From assembly GCF_022539665.2 (NCBI RefSeq), contig NC_081332.1:2480001-2544000 (forward strand): a stretch of DNA of 64,000 bases, written 5' to 3'. The DNA is from Daphnia carinata. Its lineage: Eukaryota. Position numbers and translations under genes: made by a program. The notes under the pieces were generated by a model, which saw only the letters and a list, made by a program, of their open reading frames with translations, had not been told where the DNA came from and made no database searches. The first letter of the stretch is position 1. The number at the start of each line of letters is the position of its first letter. Shown here one piece after another: positions 1 through 14,266 of the stretch.

Positions 1-1637
1 CTCCGAATGAGGTTAAGAGTGAGATAACAATCTTACGCGATGGAAAGCCTCGTTATCGGAACATTCGTAACCAACATAGTTGTAGTTGGGCAAAAGAGAA
101 TCGATGAAGAATTCAATGCAACGCAAATGGTTACACGCCGCCAGTTCTCTGCCACCTGTCACCATATCTTCAGTGATCATGTCCAAAGGAATATCAACTG
201 GATTGCATCCGGGCTGATCTCGTCCACCATTCGGATAGAAGTCCAGGTGTCCTACGGGCTGTATCATGCCGTAACCTGTACAGGTTGTGTCATATTATAC
301 CTCTAAATAAATATTCATGTTTTGCTGATTATAAGTTTACCTAGCAGGAGAATAGTTCTAGTGTCTGTGTGGATGGCGTCGACGAATTTAGCGTCGGTGG
401 GATCGAGACGCACATGAGTCGGCATGTACTGGAAGTAAGGTTCAGCTGGATCGAGACCAGTAATCCTACCAAGGCCTTCAATTCCCTCGCCTGCATAACC
501 AACGGTGTGGGCTCCCAAAGAATGACCGATAAGATGGACCATGCCGGGATCAACTCCAAAATTAGTCTGTCAGAATAAAGTAGCATTTTTTTTTGTTTAG
601 ATTATAATTTTTTTAAGATTTCCTAAAGCCTATAGTGCACATACAATCATAGTGTTGACCATGTAGGCAATTTCAAGGCCAACCACTCTTGTGTTGGCAG
701 TGGCTTGGCTATACATGAAGGAAAACATGGAGTTATTGACATAGTTAACGATGCTGTATGATGGGTGATGACACATACCTATACATAGGGAGAGAACCCC
801 CTCCCCAGTTAACAATGATTACATTGTAATCACCATGGGCTAGCAAATTCTCGGTGAGTCTCTAAAATTAGAATGTTCTGTAAAAATATGCTAATTGCAG
901 AAGTATGTTCGATTTTACCTTCATCCACCTGACAGTTCCATCGTCAATGAATCCGTGAACTAAAAATTGGGTGGGTCGGTTAGGATTGAAAGTCGAATAG
1001 CGAATGGTATCCAAATCATTGGCGTACAGCATAGTGTCCTTTAACAAAAATTCATCATGAAGAACGTCATCACAATAATTGATTTTTGCCTATTTTTTAG
1101 GTTTTCATTTGGCACCTGAGTTGGTCTTTCTCTCGTGTGCAAGATGAATCTTGTGTTAATCTTCTCTCTGGGCAATGGCTCCTGATTGATGGGTCGATGA
1201 GTTGGGTCGTACCAGCTATCATCGACGGTTATGCAACCAATCTCTCCATAGCAGTAGGTGACCGGATCCACTGGAAAATCCCGTTCCAAACATTTTAATT
1301 ATTTCAATTTGCAACCGATTACTTAACGTCGACGTTTAACAGATATCGGGTTTCGTTGTGTGATGCCTTAAATTTTGGCTTAGTTTTTTTTTATTGTAGT
1401 CGAACACTCACTTTTCAAATCCGCTGGCTGGACATCTGCTTGGTGTCTAGGGATACCACCCCTCTGCTGGACTAGATTTTCGTGGTAATCACGACCGTGT
1501 TTGATGAGAGCGCGGAAGTCTCGGGCGACTCGATTCTTGGACTCGTTGACACACGACTCGCGGGCCAAAGGTCCGGTCAGGGCCAAGCCAGCGAATCCGA
1601 GACAGACAAACGAGATGAACCACACTGATGCAGTCAT
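1..1637 (-). CDS. Pancreatic lipase-family (triacylglycerol lipase) gene, multi-exon; 3' end runs off the window
   Basis: Signal peptide [20 protein letters not shown]; spliced exons give [24 protein letters not shown] (nucleophile Ser), [10 protein letters not shown] (Asp), [23 protein letters not shown] (His); GT-AG introns. Confidence 0.93.
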
Positions 1638-4569
1638 TTTGTGTTTCTGTTTCAGAGCAAAAACAAAAGAAAAAAGCAAATTAAGAATGTGGGGTGACCC
1701 ATTTAATTTTGAATTTCAATCAAGACCCTACGGTTATGCGTAAATGACAACGTCCTGTGGTCTGCTCACGAAGCTGCAAATGGCCCTCGTATTTATAGCC
1801 TCTGAGAAGTTACGTTTTCCATCAGCAAACAGGAGACATTGGAACACCTAACGGCTGACCTAGACGTCACTCCAATCAAACACGGAGGCCCGGTTGATAT
1901 GGCTGAAAAAAAACCCTATTAAGCCATCGTTTTCGTAATCCACACTTTATCGGGACCAGACGTAAGTTTTATTTGTCCAGTTCGCATAACATAGCTGTCC
2001 CAATCGGACATGTTTACATTGTTATGTTTGGCTTTATTTTTCCCGATCACATGCCCCATCGGGCTATTCAATCCACCAATCAAAAGGTTTGGGTTGGCGA
2101 TTAGAAACGAAAGTAACATATTTTGATTTATCATCTCGTTTTCTTTTTTGTTTCTTTTTATTTCCGTGGTGTTGTGACAATAGCTTCATACCGTTGGTGA
2201 TAAAAAACAAAACGTAAAGGTTATCGAAAAATAAATAAATACGATTGATATAAGCACACTCGTGTTTTTATCACAAACACCCGGCGAAACGTACATTTCG
2301 AAGCCTCACGGACGGGCGAAAAATACACTGAATTGAAACGAGAGGAAAATAAAATTATTAACCACTGGTGTCTCGGTTTTCTTGCCCAGACGGCCAATTT
2401 TTATCAGCGAACGATTGAAACTAAGGTCCGTAGGAGACATCATCCATGGATGTATAGATTGGAGTTAGAGCTGGATCAAACATCATTAATTACTGATACA
2501 ATAACACAATAACCAGTCGCAACTCGAAACCTAACAGCAAAGCAATGATCACATTTTCTGTTTCGAGACAATTTCAACGATCGATACCTGATATTCGACA
2601 CTTGAATGATGTTGTCCAAGTCGTACCGCGTTAAAAACGTGAATAATACGTGGATGTATATGAGTCCATCGAATCGCACATTGTATGACATTATAAAGAT
2701 TTCAAATAAATCTTAAATAAGATCAAGAATTGAGACACCTGAGATGGAAGGAAATTGCAAAACGAGTTGAAACCTTTAACTGCATTGCATGGTCATATCA
2801 TTAATTGTTGAACAAAGGAGGCTTAGCAACAGTAATCAATTCAAAAACCTAATCTTCACAACAAAAAAAAAAGTGTTTGTGTTGCTTACATTATTTGCAT
2901 AACAAACAAACGCAATAATTTAATCACCCGGAAGGAGCGTTGAAGGCAACGATGAAAAATGAATAACGCGCCTATACTTAAATTGACCAGAAAGAAATAA
3001 CATCTTTATAGAAAAAATAAAAAAAACATCGTGTGCTTGTGTACACGACTGAAATCTGGTAGCTGTATAGAATCTGACGGTTGGAGGGGAAGACTTTTTC
3101 TTTACTTTTCTTCTTCACTGGAGCTTCAGATTTCACGAACGCTGCTGACTCGACTTGATCGGCGGATGGAGCCAGCCGCATTGGCGTTAAAGGAGAAGCG
3201 GAACAGACGGCTCGTAGTACACATGCAGATGCATCGGCTTACAAGTCGTTGTATTAAGAGCTCATTTGTATAAATATATATATATATATACATATACGTA
3301 CCAGCAAGCAGCAGTAGCAAATTCATTGCCGTTGTGGGCAGCTCTATGCAGCTCCTCTCTCTTTGAAATGTCGAATTCGCCTTTTTCTTTCTTTCGTCAT
3401 TTTCTTTCTGTTCACCTCCCTCCCCCCCCCCCTTTTTTTGTGGTGAGAATTCATAGTCGATGTATAAATGGTCGAGTCAGACCGCGCCGACTGGCCATTA
3501 GGAGTCGATCGTCCTCGAGTTCTAGTCCTTAACTTGGTGTATAATCTTTTGGTTCCTTCTCTCCGATGCTGCTGGAACTTTTATTTTGGACAAAGGGACG
3601 TGGAAACGTTGCTGAGCTGCTGTGATGTAGATTTTAATACCTTGTGATCTTGAGTAACTGTTCAAGTGATTAATATTTACATCACCTCAGCTCGGTGGCG
3701 ACGATCTCCGACCCAGCCATCCAGCCCTTATCGTGATCCATGTTTGCCCTACAAGTGATCCATGTTTTTCTTTGTAGCGGAAGTGATTTACCCTCCATAG
3801 TATATTGCAATTTCCTCCATTCTGATGTATTATTTACTGTATATTCTCAGCCTTCCTAACTCTCCTTTTTAAAAAAAAAAACGTCATCATCAGTCTTTTA
3901 TGGAAATGGTTCGGGGGTCATGAAAACAAGCAAATGGTATAGAGACAAATGACGTCCTGCTTGAACTGCCAACTCTTTTCTTATTTTACATGATGCAGAT
4001 AATGTTCCTCGTTATGCCCTTTTTGCGACAAAGGTTAACGATGACACTTTCCTTCCGGCTTTTGATACATTTTTTTTGAAAGCTCCTTTGTACCGTTTGG
4101 AACGTTACAACTCTATGCGTGGATAGGGTTCTTTAGGCCTTCACTGATCTACATGCCTCATCGACTTCCGACATTCCCACGTCATCCAAAGGAATTTTTT
4201 TTCTCGTTTACCTCGTTTGAACGGAAATTTTGGAATTTTCTCAGACTTTGTTGTTGTTTGTCTATGTTTTCAAATATTTGTGAAGTGTCAAATGTCTCCT
4301 TAATTGTATGAGAAATGATTGAAATGGCCCTTTCTAGCGAATTTATTCATCCAGAAACTGCGCTACGAAGAGCAGCACAACATTTTCTTTGATAATCATA
4401 AATAAATAAGGCGTCGGCGTTACGAGAATAAAAACATATAGTCATTAAAGTGTCATTTTACGTATACTGCCTACAATAGAGAAATGATTTCACGTGCTGG
4501 ATAGAGAGAGAGGCCTATGTACAGGAGACTAGGGCGGATGCAGAAATCGAGATGCTGCAATCTCAACGT

Positions 4570-6143
4570 CTAAGGCCGGCCGATGATCGACTCGACCGAG
4601 AAGGATATCTTGCTTTTATTGTTGGCATTGACACTGATGTCACTGCAAGGCAGTAAAGGTGAAGGCGGACTGGAAGGAGTCGAGATAACGTCGACTTCGA
4701 TATCTGAATCGTCCGAATCCGATGGATTGGCTTCAGTTTTAACGGTGAATGGCAACGCGCACGACTGCTGGACGAAATGCTGATGCAAAGGTAACACGTG
4801 AAATCGTATCGGATGCAGAGCGTTCCAGCATGTCGGATGAGCCTGGGCAGACGATGGTGGTGGGGTCGTATCGCCACCTGGGCTATTGCCGCTCACACGA
4901 TGAAGTTCAACGGCGGCCTGTTGCTCACGCTGGAACATGACGGCATCCAGATCACGATCAGCGAAAGCTAATTGCATTCAAGTCATTACGTGTTAGTTGT
5001 AATCATCTCTGTTTGCCAACGATACAACGTGAAATATGTATTGGATCGATTTGATTTATCGTGAGTGGTCATTATAAACGAAATGCGATTCCTCCGATGG
5101 ACGATAAGTGGCTACGTGAATAATTCGTACCTCTCCTCTTACGCATCCGTTCACTTAGCGCAGTAGCAGGAACGACCAGACCTTTATCCGTATAAGACTG
5201 TTGGTCGCCACCGTCGGGTGAGACTGCAGATCCATTATGGCTGCGTTGAACCCACTGTCGATAATCTATGCAATAACACAAAATAGTTCCCAACAAAAGG
5301 AGTAAGCAACTCGTTGAAAAATGCAAAATAAAGAGAGAAAAACAGTTGTAACTCGAGTTGAATGGTTGTGTAAAAGAGGAAAGGATAAAGGAATAGAACT
5401 GTCGTGTTAAACATGTGAGTATGGTCATGTGTCCCGGGTCTAATGAAGTCTTGACCTTTTCTACCCTTTTTTCTTTTTAAACAAGCCTTGCTTTCATTCA
5501 ACCCCAATTTTTGACCGCAGAGTTAGAATCCCATGCCCCCCTTCCCCATGTAGGCCGACTAACTAGACAGCCTGATGTTGTAGTAGAGCTGTCGCTCTGT
5601 TTGAGAATGTCGTGAGAAAGTGGACACGAAAAAGAAAAGGATGGCATTCTGTCATGCACAATGCGTAAATGTCGTCTCGTCTTACTTTGCAAAACATCCC
5701 TGGCCAGCGAACTCTGTTGTAAGGTCCTCAAATGCTTCTGATAGAGTTTCTTTTGCGCCATGATGGCCTCAGCGCTTTTGGTCACTTTGTTCTGATTCGG
5801 TTTCAGTTGGCCATCGCTTTTCGCTGACTCGGAATTCTGCTGCCTAAAATTATGCATAATTAATTTTTGGTTAGTTTGGTGTGTGATTATTTAAAATTCG
5901 ATTATTGTAGATTCACCTTCGGAGAGCGACTTGAGCGGCCATAACTCTTTGACGTTCGACTACTAATAAGCAATTGGTGCACTGGCACTCTTTCCAACGG
6001 CAAAGTTTCTTGTGGCCTTTAAGGCAAGAGACGACCCCGTGATTGCGACAACGGGCGCACTTTGGAGTTCGCAATAAACGCTGTTTGCCACTGTCCATCT
6101 TTTTGACACCGAATCGCAGAGTGTTGTCCATGATGATCTTCAT
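4570..6143 (-). CDS. Dmrt11E: DM-domain transcription factor, Dmrt11E/DMRT2 type (4 coding exons)
   Basis: [54 protein letters not shown] domain; spliced [24 protein letters not shown] matches the DMRT2/11E block (RMRKRRAFADKELE); start codon choice (6143 or a downstream ATG) uncertain. Confidence 0.92.
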
Positions 6144-9100
6144 CGAGAATCCCGAAAGACACTGAACACTTTCTCCGAAGATTCACCGGCTTTTTTACAC
6201 ATGAAAAAATTTTATTTTTGGGAAGGACTAGTTCTCTTGAAAGTTTGGTTGGCCTTTTTTCGTTTTGTTTTACAGGTTCCCTCCCCATCCATTGCTTGCC
6301 TGGAAAAAGATGCTTGTCTATTTAGCTGCGTGTCCTGATTGGCTGTTGATGGTTAGAGAACGATGTGTGTGCTTAGTGCTGAGGGAAAAAAAGAAAAAAA
6401 AAGGATGAGTATGAGAGAGTGTACTTTACAAGACACGAGACACATTGACTTCTCCTGGCAGAGTTCCTTCTTCTTGAGGTGTAGGGGGGCTCCTCCTCCG
6501 GAAACTTGGCATGACTCCCATTTTTGCAACATCTTCTCAATTCGTATAAACACACGAATGGCGTTAGAGAATAGACGCAATTAATTGTAATTTATTATAC
6601 GTAAACGAACTGACGAATTCAAAAGAATTATTCTTGTAAATCACGATGATTGCATTTGATTCTTATTGTGGCAAACGCTTGGAATAGATTAAAAGTTACA
6701 AAACATTGCAATGAAACCATATGTCGGGATGACTCTTTTGTGAATAGAACGACCACGTATAAAAAAAACTCGCGAGCAGTTGGTGCGAGATAATGTGTTA
6801 AAAGTTGTTACACTTGGGGAGTCTTTGTGCGATAAACAACGCGTTCGCACATCCAAATCAAACAATAGAAGAGGCAAGAAACGAGTCCAGTTAATTACGG
6901 TGTAACAGCTTCCGGTGTTGTTTGCTTTAAGACTCTGTTTGGATGTTTACATCCTCTTTTAAGAGTTCCGATGACGGCCAAAAAACCCTAGTAGAAAAAA
7001 TGCTAACCTGTCGTCTCTTCGTTTTTAGATCTTTGCTGACAGCCCCGACTTCTCTCTCCCCTCCGACTCCATTCGGGCGGTAAAACGAAACACCTGTACT
7101 TCGGGAGGGGGGGAAAGCAGGGCCGAATAACAAAAACATGCGTTAAGTAAGAAAGAAAAAAAAAAAGAATGTGAAAGAGCAAGCGAGAACTTTGGTAATA
7201 GATTCAAAGAAGATCAAGTTATGACATCCTGCCCCCATCGTGTCTATATTCAACAGAAATAGTCTTGTCTACTCCCATTCACGAGGCAAGCACCTTAGGC
7301 AACTGTTTGACGCCACTGATGTTGTGTTTCTTTGGCAACTGCTCGTCTTCTTTTTTTTTTTTTTTAGAGAGAGGACCACCGAGGTTGATGTCAGAATTTG
7401 AAAGAAAAAAAGAATGAGCAACATTCTGGAACGCCACCTGAGACATTTTACTAATCAGCACTCGACGGTTGTTCTTAGTAACTTATGTTTCCCGCTTTGC
7501 AGTCTTTGAATAAATCAGAACGCAGTCAGAGAAGTGAAAGACGAAATATGTAACGAGCTGTTGTACAAAAACAATGGATAAACCCACACATACATACGTA
7601 TATATATATGTAGCGTTTATTTCTGGGGGACTGTGATGTTGCCATCTTTCACAGTTGTGACAGGGAGCCGCGAGACAGCCTCGCCGATGAGGGTGTCGAG
7701 TACATGTTTACACCCAACAACAAGAGACTATAAAGACTTTAGATTGTTTTTATTTAGCATTTTTCTTTCTCCCTCTCTCTTGCTCTCCTCCGCCTTTTTT
7801 TTATGATATGTATATGCTGTGTGTGTGTGTGTGTGTATACGTACAGTAAGTAGCTGTGAAAAATGATCGCCAACCCTCTTCTTCCGGAGCACACTCACTT
7901 TCGTTAAGTGAATGAGAGGGTGGAGACGTTATTTAGACCTTAAAAAAAAATGTTGGGGAAAGCAATTTTTTTAAAACTCCCTTCTAAGATTGTGTATATA
8001 AATGTGTGTATGTGTGTGTTTGGATAAGAAAAGCTGTGAAACTTTTCGGAGAGGATGATGTTATTGTGATTCAAACTCGCCGCCGACGACGGCTGCCGCC
8101 GGTCTGGAACCAAATGGCAACACCCGTCACTCTTTTAGCGCCTCCGTTTTTTCCTATTCTAAAATTAAATGGGGAAACCAGAGTCATCGAGTGATGTAGA
8201 ATTATAATAAAAAACCAGCTCAAGAATAGAACTACTCTAGTGAAAAAGAAAGAAAAAAAAACCTTCGAAGAAATAAGAATGAAAAAGAAGAAAGGCAGCA
8301 AAAATGGTAAATCGGTATTGAGTGGTTATGAAAACAGAGGGCAGTCCTCTACCAAAAAAAAGGGCTGTCGTTGAGGAGGCGCATCTGCTATTGGGAAACT
8401 GGAGAGAAGGAAGTGAACCTGTTCAATTTTTTTCTTTTCCTATGGCCCAGCAGCGGGCAGCGTGCGACTGGATATAAGACAAAATACAATCGAAACAAAA
8501 CAATAAGGCAGTCTATGTATATATATAGTTCTCAAACATCGTGTCGGATCACTTTTCACGACTTGTCACGGAGCAAGAAAGTCGTCGTTGATTTTTTTCC
8601 TGAAATTTTTTTTTTAACTGGGGAAAACTGTTTCCTGTTGATAACACACAAGAGCTTGTAAGCGTATATCATTGGATTCTTGAACGGTATCTTTTAACTG
8701 CCTCGCTTATTGCTCGCAGATCACAGCAAATCGACAGCAGTTAGAGGGAAGTTATTCGTATTCCAAGCGATTCGAAGAAACCCAGCAATTCTAATTGAGC
8801 TCGTTTAGAAATGCTCCGGATGTCTCTCATATTATTTCCGTTGCACATCGAACATACGTATAAAGTTAGCTGATGTGCGTAAGAGAACCGGCTACTACTT
8901 CGAATGATTAAATGAACTGCTTTCGTTGAATGAATTAACACGAGTAAGCAATTTATTATACGATTCTGTAATATCTAGTTAATAGCATTGTAAAGATAAC
9001 TTAACTTATGGTTTATGGAACGCGCTGGTATAAAATGTTGAACGAGACTGATCCGAAACTAGGGCAATCATTTTTTTAAATTTTCTCAACCAACGGCTGT

Positions 9101-10624
9101 GGAGCATTCTTAGCAAGTGCATACGATGGATGGTTTGTATTCGAACAGAACAATTGTGGTCATCGTGACCAAGTTCTATTATAAGCCTCTGCACCTGGGG
9201 CGCAAAAAATATTGTTGTATTAAATGACCTTATTGATTAGAAATATTTCAAATACAGTATACGTAGTTTGGATTCTACGCGACATTCCCGATGAACTGCA
9301 GACAGTTACTCGGTTTTTAGAAGAGGGGGAAGTTTTGATCAACTCCGTCCTTTCCTTCTTTTCAACAAACTCAGTAATGAAAGTTTAGCCTGTGCGATGA
9401 ACATAAAATAAAAATAAAACATAATTCCAGCAAAGAATTTTATAGGTATTTACAAAGAATGAGAAAGGGAAATTGTGTTACGTACAGCAGATTAAAACTC
9501 AAACCTTGCTCTGCTTTCTCCGCAATAGCGCACGTCCTGTACTAGTTTGACTCATTTAACAAGTGAAGACTACCTGTACATTCCTGCTAACACTACGAGA
9601 CTATCAACTCTCGTAGTGGTCTCTTGCCGGTGGGTGCATGCATGTGGGAGATGGCAATATTGCTCACCATCCCGCCACTTGCAATGCAAACTTGTGCTAA
9701 AAGACAATTGAAACAGAAGTGTACATTTTTGGTAGTCCCCACGTACGGCAGTCATCAACTCTGTTATCAATTCGTCAACCAGTTCTTTTGAGAGAGGCAT
9801 AAGTTCATATTTACAAAAGCGAAATACAATATACATACAAGGAAATTTAGATGTACTATATAGTTTCTGTTGGGATAAAGAAAAGAAAGAAGGCGTCATC
9901 GACAAGTCAATATTTATAAAACCGAAATGTAATATGTACAAGAAAATTTAGACTGTCTTATTCTCGTGCGATATTTCTAAAAAAAAGGGGACTTAACGAG
10001 CCGATTTTTCTACATGGCCTGTTGTTCCAGGTTGAGTCTCACTCGCACGAAATACCGTCGCTGAAAGTTTACGTTCCACTTTGTCTTGTTCGGCCAATAG
10101 GAAATATCGCCGGATGAAATAGCAGCAATATCCTTGACAGACAGCTTGGCTATATCAACCGACTGCATAACTTGATTTGGAGAAATGGCAATCTCCTGCC
10201 GTCTGAAAAGTGGGGTATGGATCTAACAGGCAGAATCATCAGCCGACTCAATGGAAACAAGCACCATATATGGATCGGGGCATCCTCATCAGTGGCAGTC
10301 ACAACTGGGTTCGAAAATGTCTTGCCCAGGGGCTGACGGTGATGCACATCAGGACACAGGATCGAAATTGCCCTCTGCGTTTTTGCCCACATTAATCGAA
10401 CCGACGTCTCCGGACGCATGTTGTTCCAGGGCAGCTCTTGCTAACCTCTCCCTCGCTCTCTTGATCAGTCTAAGTTGATAAGAGCCATTCCACAATGCCT
10501 TATTGGGTTTCCTCGTCCGACCTCAAGGAGCATTAATAATTTCATCAACCGACCGCTCGTCTTGAACAGGAGGAACACCAACAACAGACTCGAGTCGGGT
10601 GAAAACGGATACGAAGTACGTACC

Positions 10625-10673
10625 TCCACGACAGGTATAGGTCCACGACAGGTATAGGTCCACGACAGGTATA
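10625..10673 (+). repeat. 17-bp tandem repeat, ~3 copies (TCCACGACAGGTATAGG)
   Basis: Directly visible. Confidence 0.85.
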
Positions 10674-11656
10674 CGTACCACACGCTGGTATAGGTACCGC
10701 AACCTCTACGACGGACTCTGGAATGAGATCCATAATGACCGAAGCAACCTCGTCAACGACGGGCAATGAAGATTGCATCCACTGGGCAAAATTCTTGCTC
10801 AGGAATTAACGATGCTGTGCAGTTCGTCTTCTGACCTAAATCACCAACTGCAGCTTCACACACCTCAATCGAATCCGCGTCCTCGGATTCTTCTGCTGAA
10901 ATCGCGTTTGTTCTCGTGCGACACTTTTTTCTCTCACTTTCGCCCTCCTGGTCAATCTACTTTAGTAGGAAGCGTTCCACAATGCCTTATTCGACTTCTT
11001 CTATATACGGTGGAAGAATATTTATTTTTTCTTTTTAATGCTCGGACTATTGGTTGGCATTTGTTGATATTTTAAATTTCGAAACGGGTAAACACATATC
11101 GTTGACTGATATTGGTTTTGGGTTGCGAAGTCCTAATAACATACTGTAGGTCAGACTGTATTGAACGGTTTAGGGCAAGTCAAGCTCATCGCCAGAAAGC
11201 ATGGTTCTTGGCTGACGATTGGTTTTGCCCTATTAACAAGTCTGTACCGAACCTAAAAGGATAAAAAACATAAACCCCTCAGGTTAAATCCGTAAATATA
11301 TAAAAATATATTACAGTAAACTTTACAGATGGACGGAAACTCTGTCACCGTTTTCTATGTTCCAGCCATCGAAATATTAAACCACCTAATTCAGTCAAAC
11401 ATAGTTTGTTTGTAATTGGAAGGTAACATAAGTCTGCACAATATAATTTGCACCACTGTAATGAGCAACATAAAAAATAAATATAAAATAAATATTTGGG
11501 AACAAAGTACTTTGATGGTAACACAGTTTTATTCAACAGCCCAATTATGAGGAGCATCTGCAAACTATTGTATCAATGGAATTTATGGTATACTGGTACA
11601 CAAGTGCTCCAAACTTCAGACGTTTTCTATCTTGATCCCAGTACGTCTGTAACACT

Positions 11657-12304
11657 TTAGGATTGTAGTTCCTTATCGTACAAGAAGACTCCAAGGCCAT
11701 CACCCACACGCAACAAGTTTGTATGATGCTTGGCCAACTTGTTAATGGATTCCACTTGCTCTTCCAAGAAATGCTCCTCTAAATAGTTGGAAAGGTGTGG
11801 ATCATTGTGACCACTGGCCACCTTGTGTAGATCCAGCAGACTCTGCAAAAAAATATGTTAAATTACATTACATGAACAATATTTATGCTGAAAAAAATGC
11901 ATACCTGATTGACTTGTTTTTCCAGATTGAGAGCAAATTCCATTGCAACCAGAGGAGAAGCCCATTCTTGTTGAGCTGGACGGTTGATGGCTGTCAGTAC
12001 AACTCGTCCTCCACGCTCATTTTGGTATTTAATTAGTTTCTGAGCATGTTCACTCTCTTCCTCAGCTGAATCCTTGAAAAATTTGTGAAAGCCTTTGAGA
12101 GCCACGTCATCACGATCATAGAAGGCAGCCTAAACATGGAGAAAATGGCGTCTTATCGCACAAGTGTATAAAGAAAAATAGCGACGTTTGTGCGACACTT
12201 ACCAACGCCAGGTACTGATAATGGGCATTCAGCTCGGTGTTGATTTGCTTGTTGATCGAAGCTTCTGATTCCTCATGATAGTTGTGGCGACCTTTACCCA
12301 CCAT
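11657..12304 (-). CDS. Cytosolic H-type ferritin, 3 exons, ferroxidase centre intact
   Basis: [66 protein letters not shown]...[15 protein letters not shown]...FLEEQVESI...LYDKELQS*; equivalents of human H-chain E27,Y34,E61,E62,H65,E107,Q141 present; no signal peptide. Confidence 0.97.
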
Positions 12305-12370
12305 TTTTGAAATTTTGTTAAAAATTTGGAATACGTGACGACTCGGATGAGAAAAGTGAATTGGGGGAAA

Positions 12371-12402
12371 CTGCTTGTTCACACACTGGCGAAGCAAAAC
12401 AG
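12371..12402 (-). promoter_or_regulatory. Iron-responsive element (IRE) in the ferritin 5' UTR
   Basis: Minus strand CTGTTTTG-C-TTCGC-CAGTGT-GTGAA-CAAGCAG: CAGUGN loop, 5-bp upper stem, bulged C, lower stem; lies between the TATA box and the ATG. Confidence 0.93.
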
Positions 12403-12432
12403 ATGAATGACAGTAATGCCCTGCAGGCTGGC

Positions 12433-12438
12433 TTTATA
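12433..12438 (-). promoter_or_regulatory. TATA box of ferritin copy 1
   Basis: TATAAA on the minus strand ~30 nt upstream of the IRE, which would put the IRE close to the cap. Confidence 0.7.
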
Positions 12439-14023
12439 TGTGCCCTGTCCTCTCTCCACATGTCGCCATAGCAACCAATGGTAGTTTCTCTCAACCAATT
12501 GTAATTCAGGAGTAGACGCCCTTGTTGAGAAACGCCAACTCACGCTGCAATTCCTTATTGCGTTGCAATGTGGTAAGTAACTACGTCGTTTGAAAAAGAA
12601 TACGTGACGAAAATCTTTTAAGCCTTATTACATGACTAATATTTAGAATGATAGCTTACTTAACAGCTATTCACAATACCGAATTATATTTTTTGCTAAA
12701 AACTCTCGCCATTGTAAAATTTTCCATTTCCCATTTTGTCTTTTATAAAACAAACGGGACATTCACCTTGCCCTAGAAAACTATTCTGTTTTCTCTTTTT
12801 TCATTTGTTTTCGGGTACCACCATTTGAGCTGATGATCTCACTTTCGCCAACCATAACTTTAATTGAACACAAAACAATTGGCTTTAACGTGTATTTTTT
12901 TGCTTGAAACGAGTTGATAAATATTAAACCTGGGCTATTTTCGGTATTTCAAATGTTTTGCGGGATTAGTGAAACATATTTCTAAGATTTTCGTTCAATT
13001 CAGAATCGTCAAACCTGTGCTTTGCGTGCCTATTCATACATTTAGTAATCCCGTGTCAGGGAGGATGTTTCTTGCATCAAATTTTTAAAACGCAAACGAA
13101 ACCATGGAATCCCGTAGAACGTGCTGACATGAACGTCAGTTGTAGTTCGTTCTATCGATCCAAGTTATCATATTTCAGGGCAGTCGTCGGAAAATTGCAC
13201 CGTCATTGTGACCCGAAAAAACATTGGTCACGTGTTGGCATTAGTGCCGGACGTTATTCGTTCATGTTGAATGCAATATTAGTAAGGCGTGAACGGTTTT
13301 ATAAAATGTATTTAAGGCCGTCGATTGACTTGACTTAATCCAAATTTTATGGGTTGAATTCTTCGATTCAGCTGCCACAGTTAGCAACTGATTTTGTGAG
13401 TGGAATGAAAACCCATCAACCACCGTTAGATATACTGTTGCTGGTCTGTAATAAGTTGGTAATTTTCAACGTTGCTTATGCAAGGCCAGAGAGCAATGTT
13501 AGCCATCACAAAAAAATTGATTTTCGATTGGAACTTTCAACGTGGAAATTTTCCCTTCCCTTAACTGCGAAAAGAATGGGACAAATTTGCACAAAATCCT
13601 AACCAGACCATGCTCCGATGCCCAAGACAACATGCTGTGCTTGCCTTGTTAGTTGTTACATGTGATATATTTCATGACCGCTAGCACTGATAGTACAGCT
13701 GCCTCAAGGCTGATAAGGAATGGGTTGCAACACGAGCTGCAAAACAGACTCAACACCCTTATCGTAGACATCCGATACACGATATCCAGCAAGCAACTAT
13801 GTGTTGGATGCTGGTATGTTCGTACTTGAGAAAATGCGACTACTGTTTTCCATTGATTTCAAAATATTTCTCTGCAGGTTGTATTTTGTAACATCAATTA
13901 CAAGATTTGGATTTTTCAACTCCTCAATCCTATGGCTAGCAACTGATGGCCTCTAAAGTTATTTTCCTGGTCACATGATGGAATCTTGTAATATGACTAG
14001 TCCTGTAACTTTTATGTGCAGGT

Positions 14024-14207
14024 TTAAGAAAGAAGCTCCTTATCGTAGAGGAAAACGCCCAGGCCATCGCCAACGCGGATCAAGTTGGTATGGTGCTTGG
14101 CCAGCTTGTTGATAATATTGATAGTAAGCATTCAGCTCTAGATTGATTTGCTTGTTGACAAGAGCTTCAGAATCTTCGTGATTATTGAAACGGCATTTGC
14201 TAGCCAT
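14024..14207 (-). pseudogene. Internally deleted, frameshifted ferritin pseudogene
   Basis: MASKCRFNNHEDSEALVNKQINLELNAYYQY (exon 1) joined out of frame to [29 protein letters not shown] (end of exon 3); both introns and exon 2 absent. Confidence 0.88.
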
Positions 14208-14266
14208 CTTGTTCAAAGAAGAAAATGCAAATTCCAGAAAAGGTAGGATGGAAGTAAACCTGCCGT

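Noticed and set aside
7818..7837. (TG)n and nearby (TA)n microsatellites
   Set aside because: Ordinary short simple repeats
14024..14207. Processed ferritin retrocopy
   Set aside because: Exon 2 and most of exon 3 are missing too, junction is not at splice boundaries, and the copy is in tandem with its paralogs
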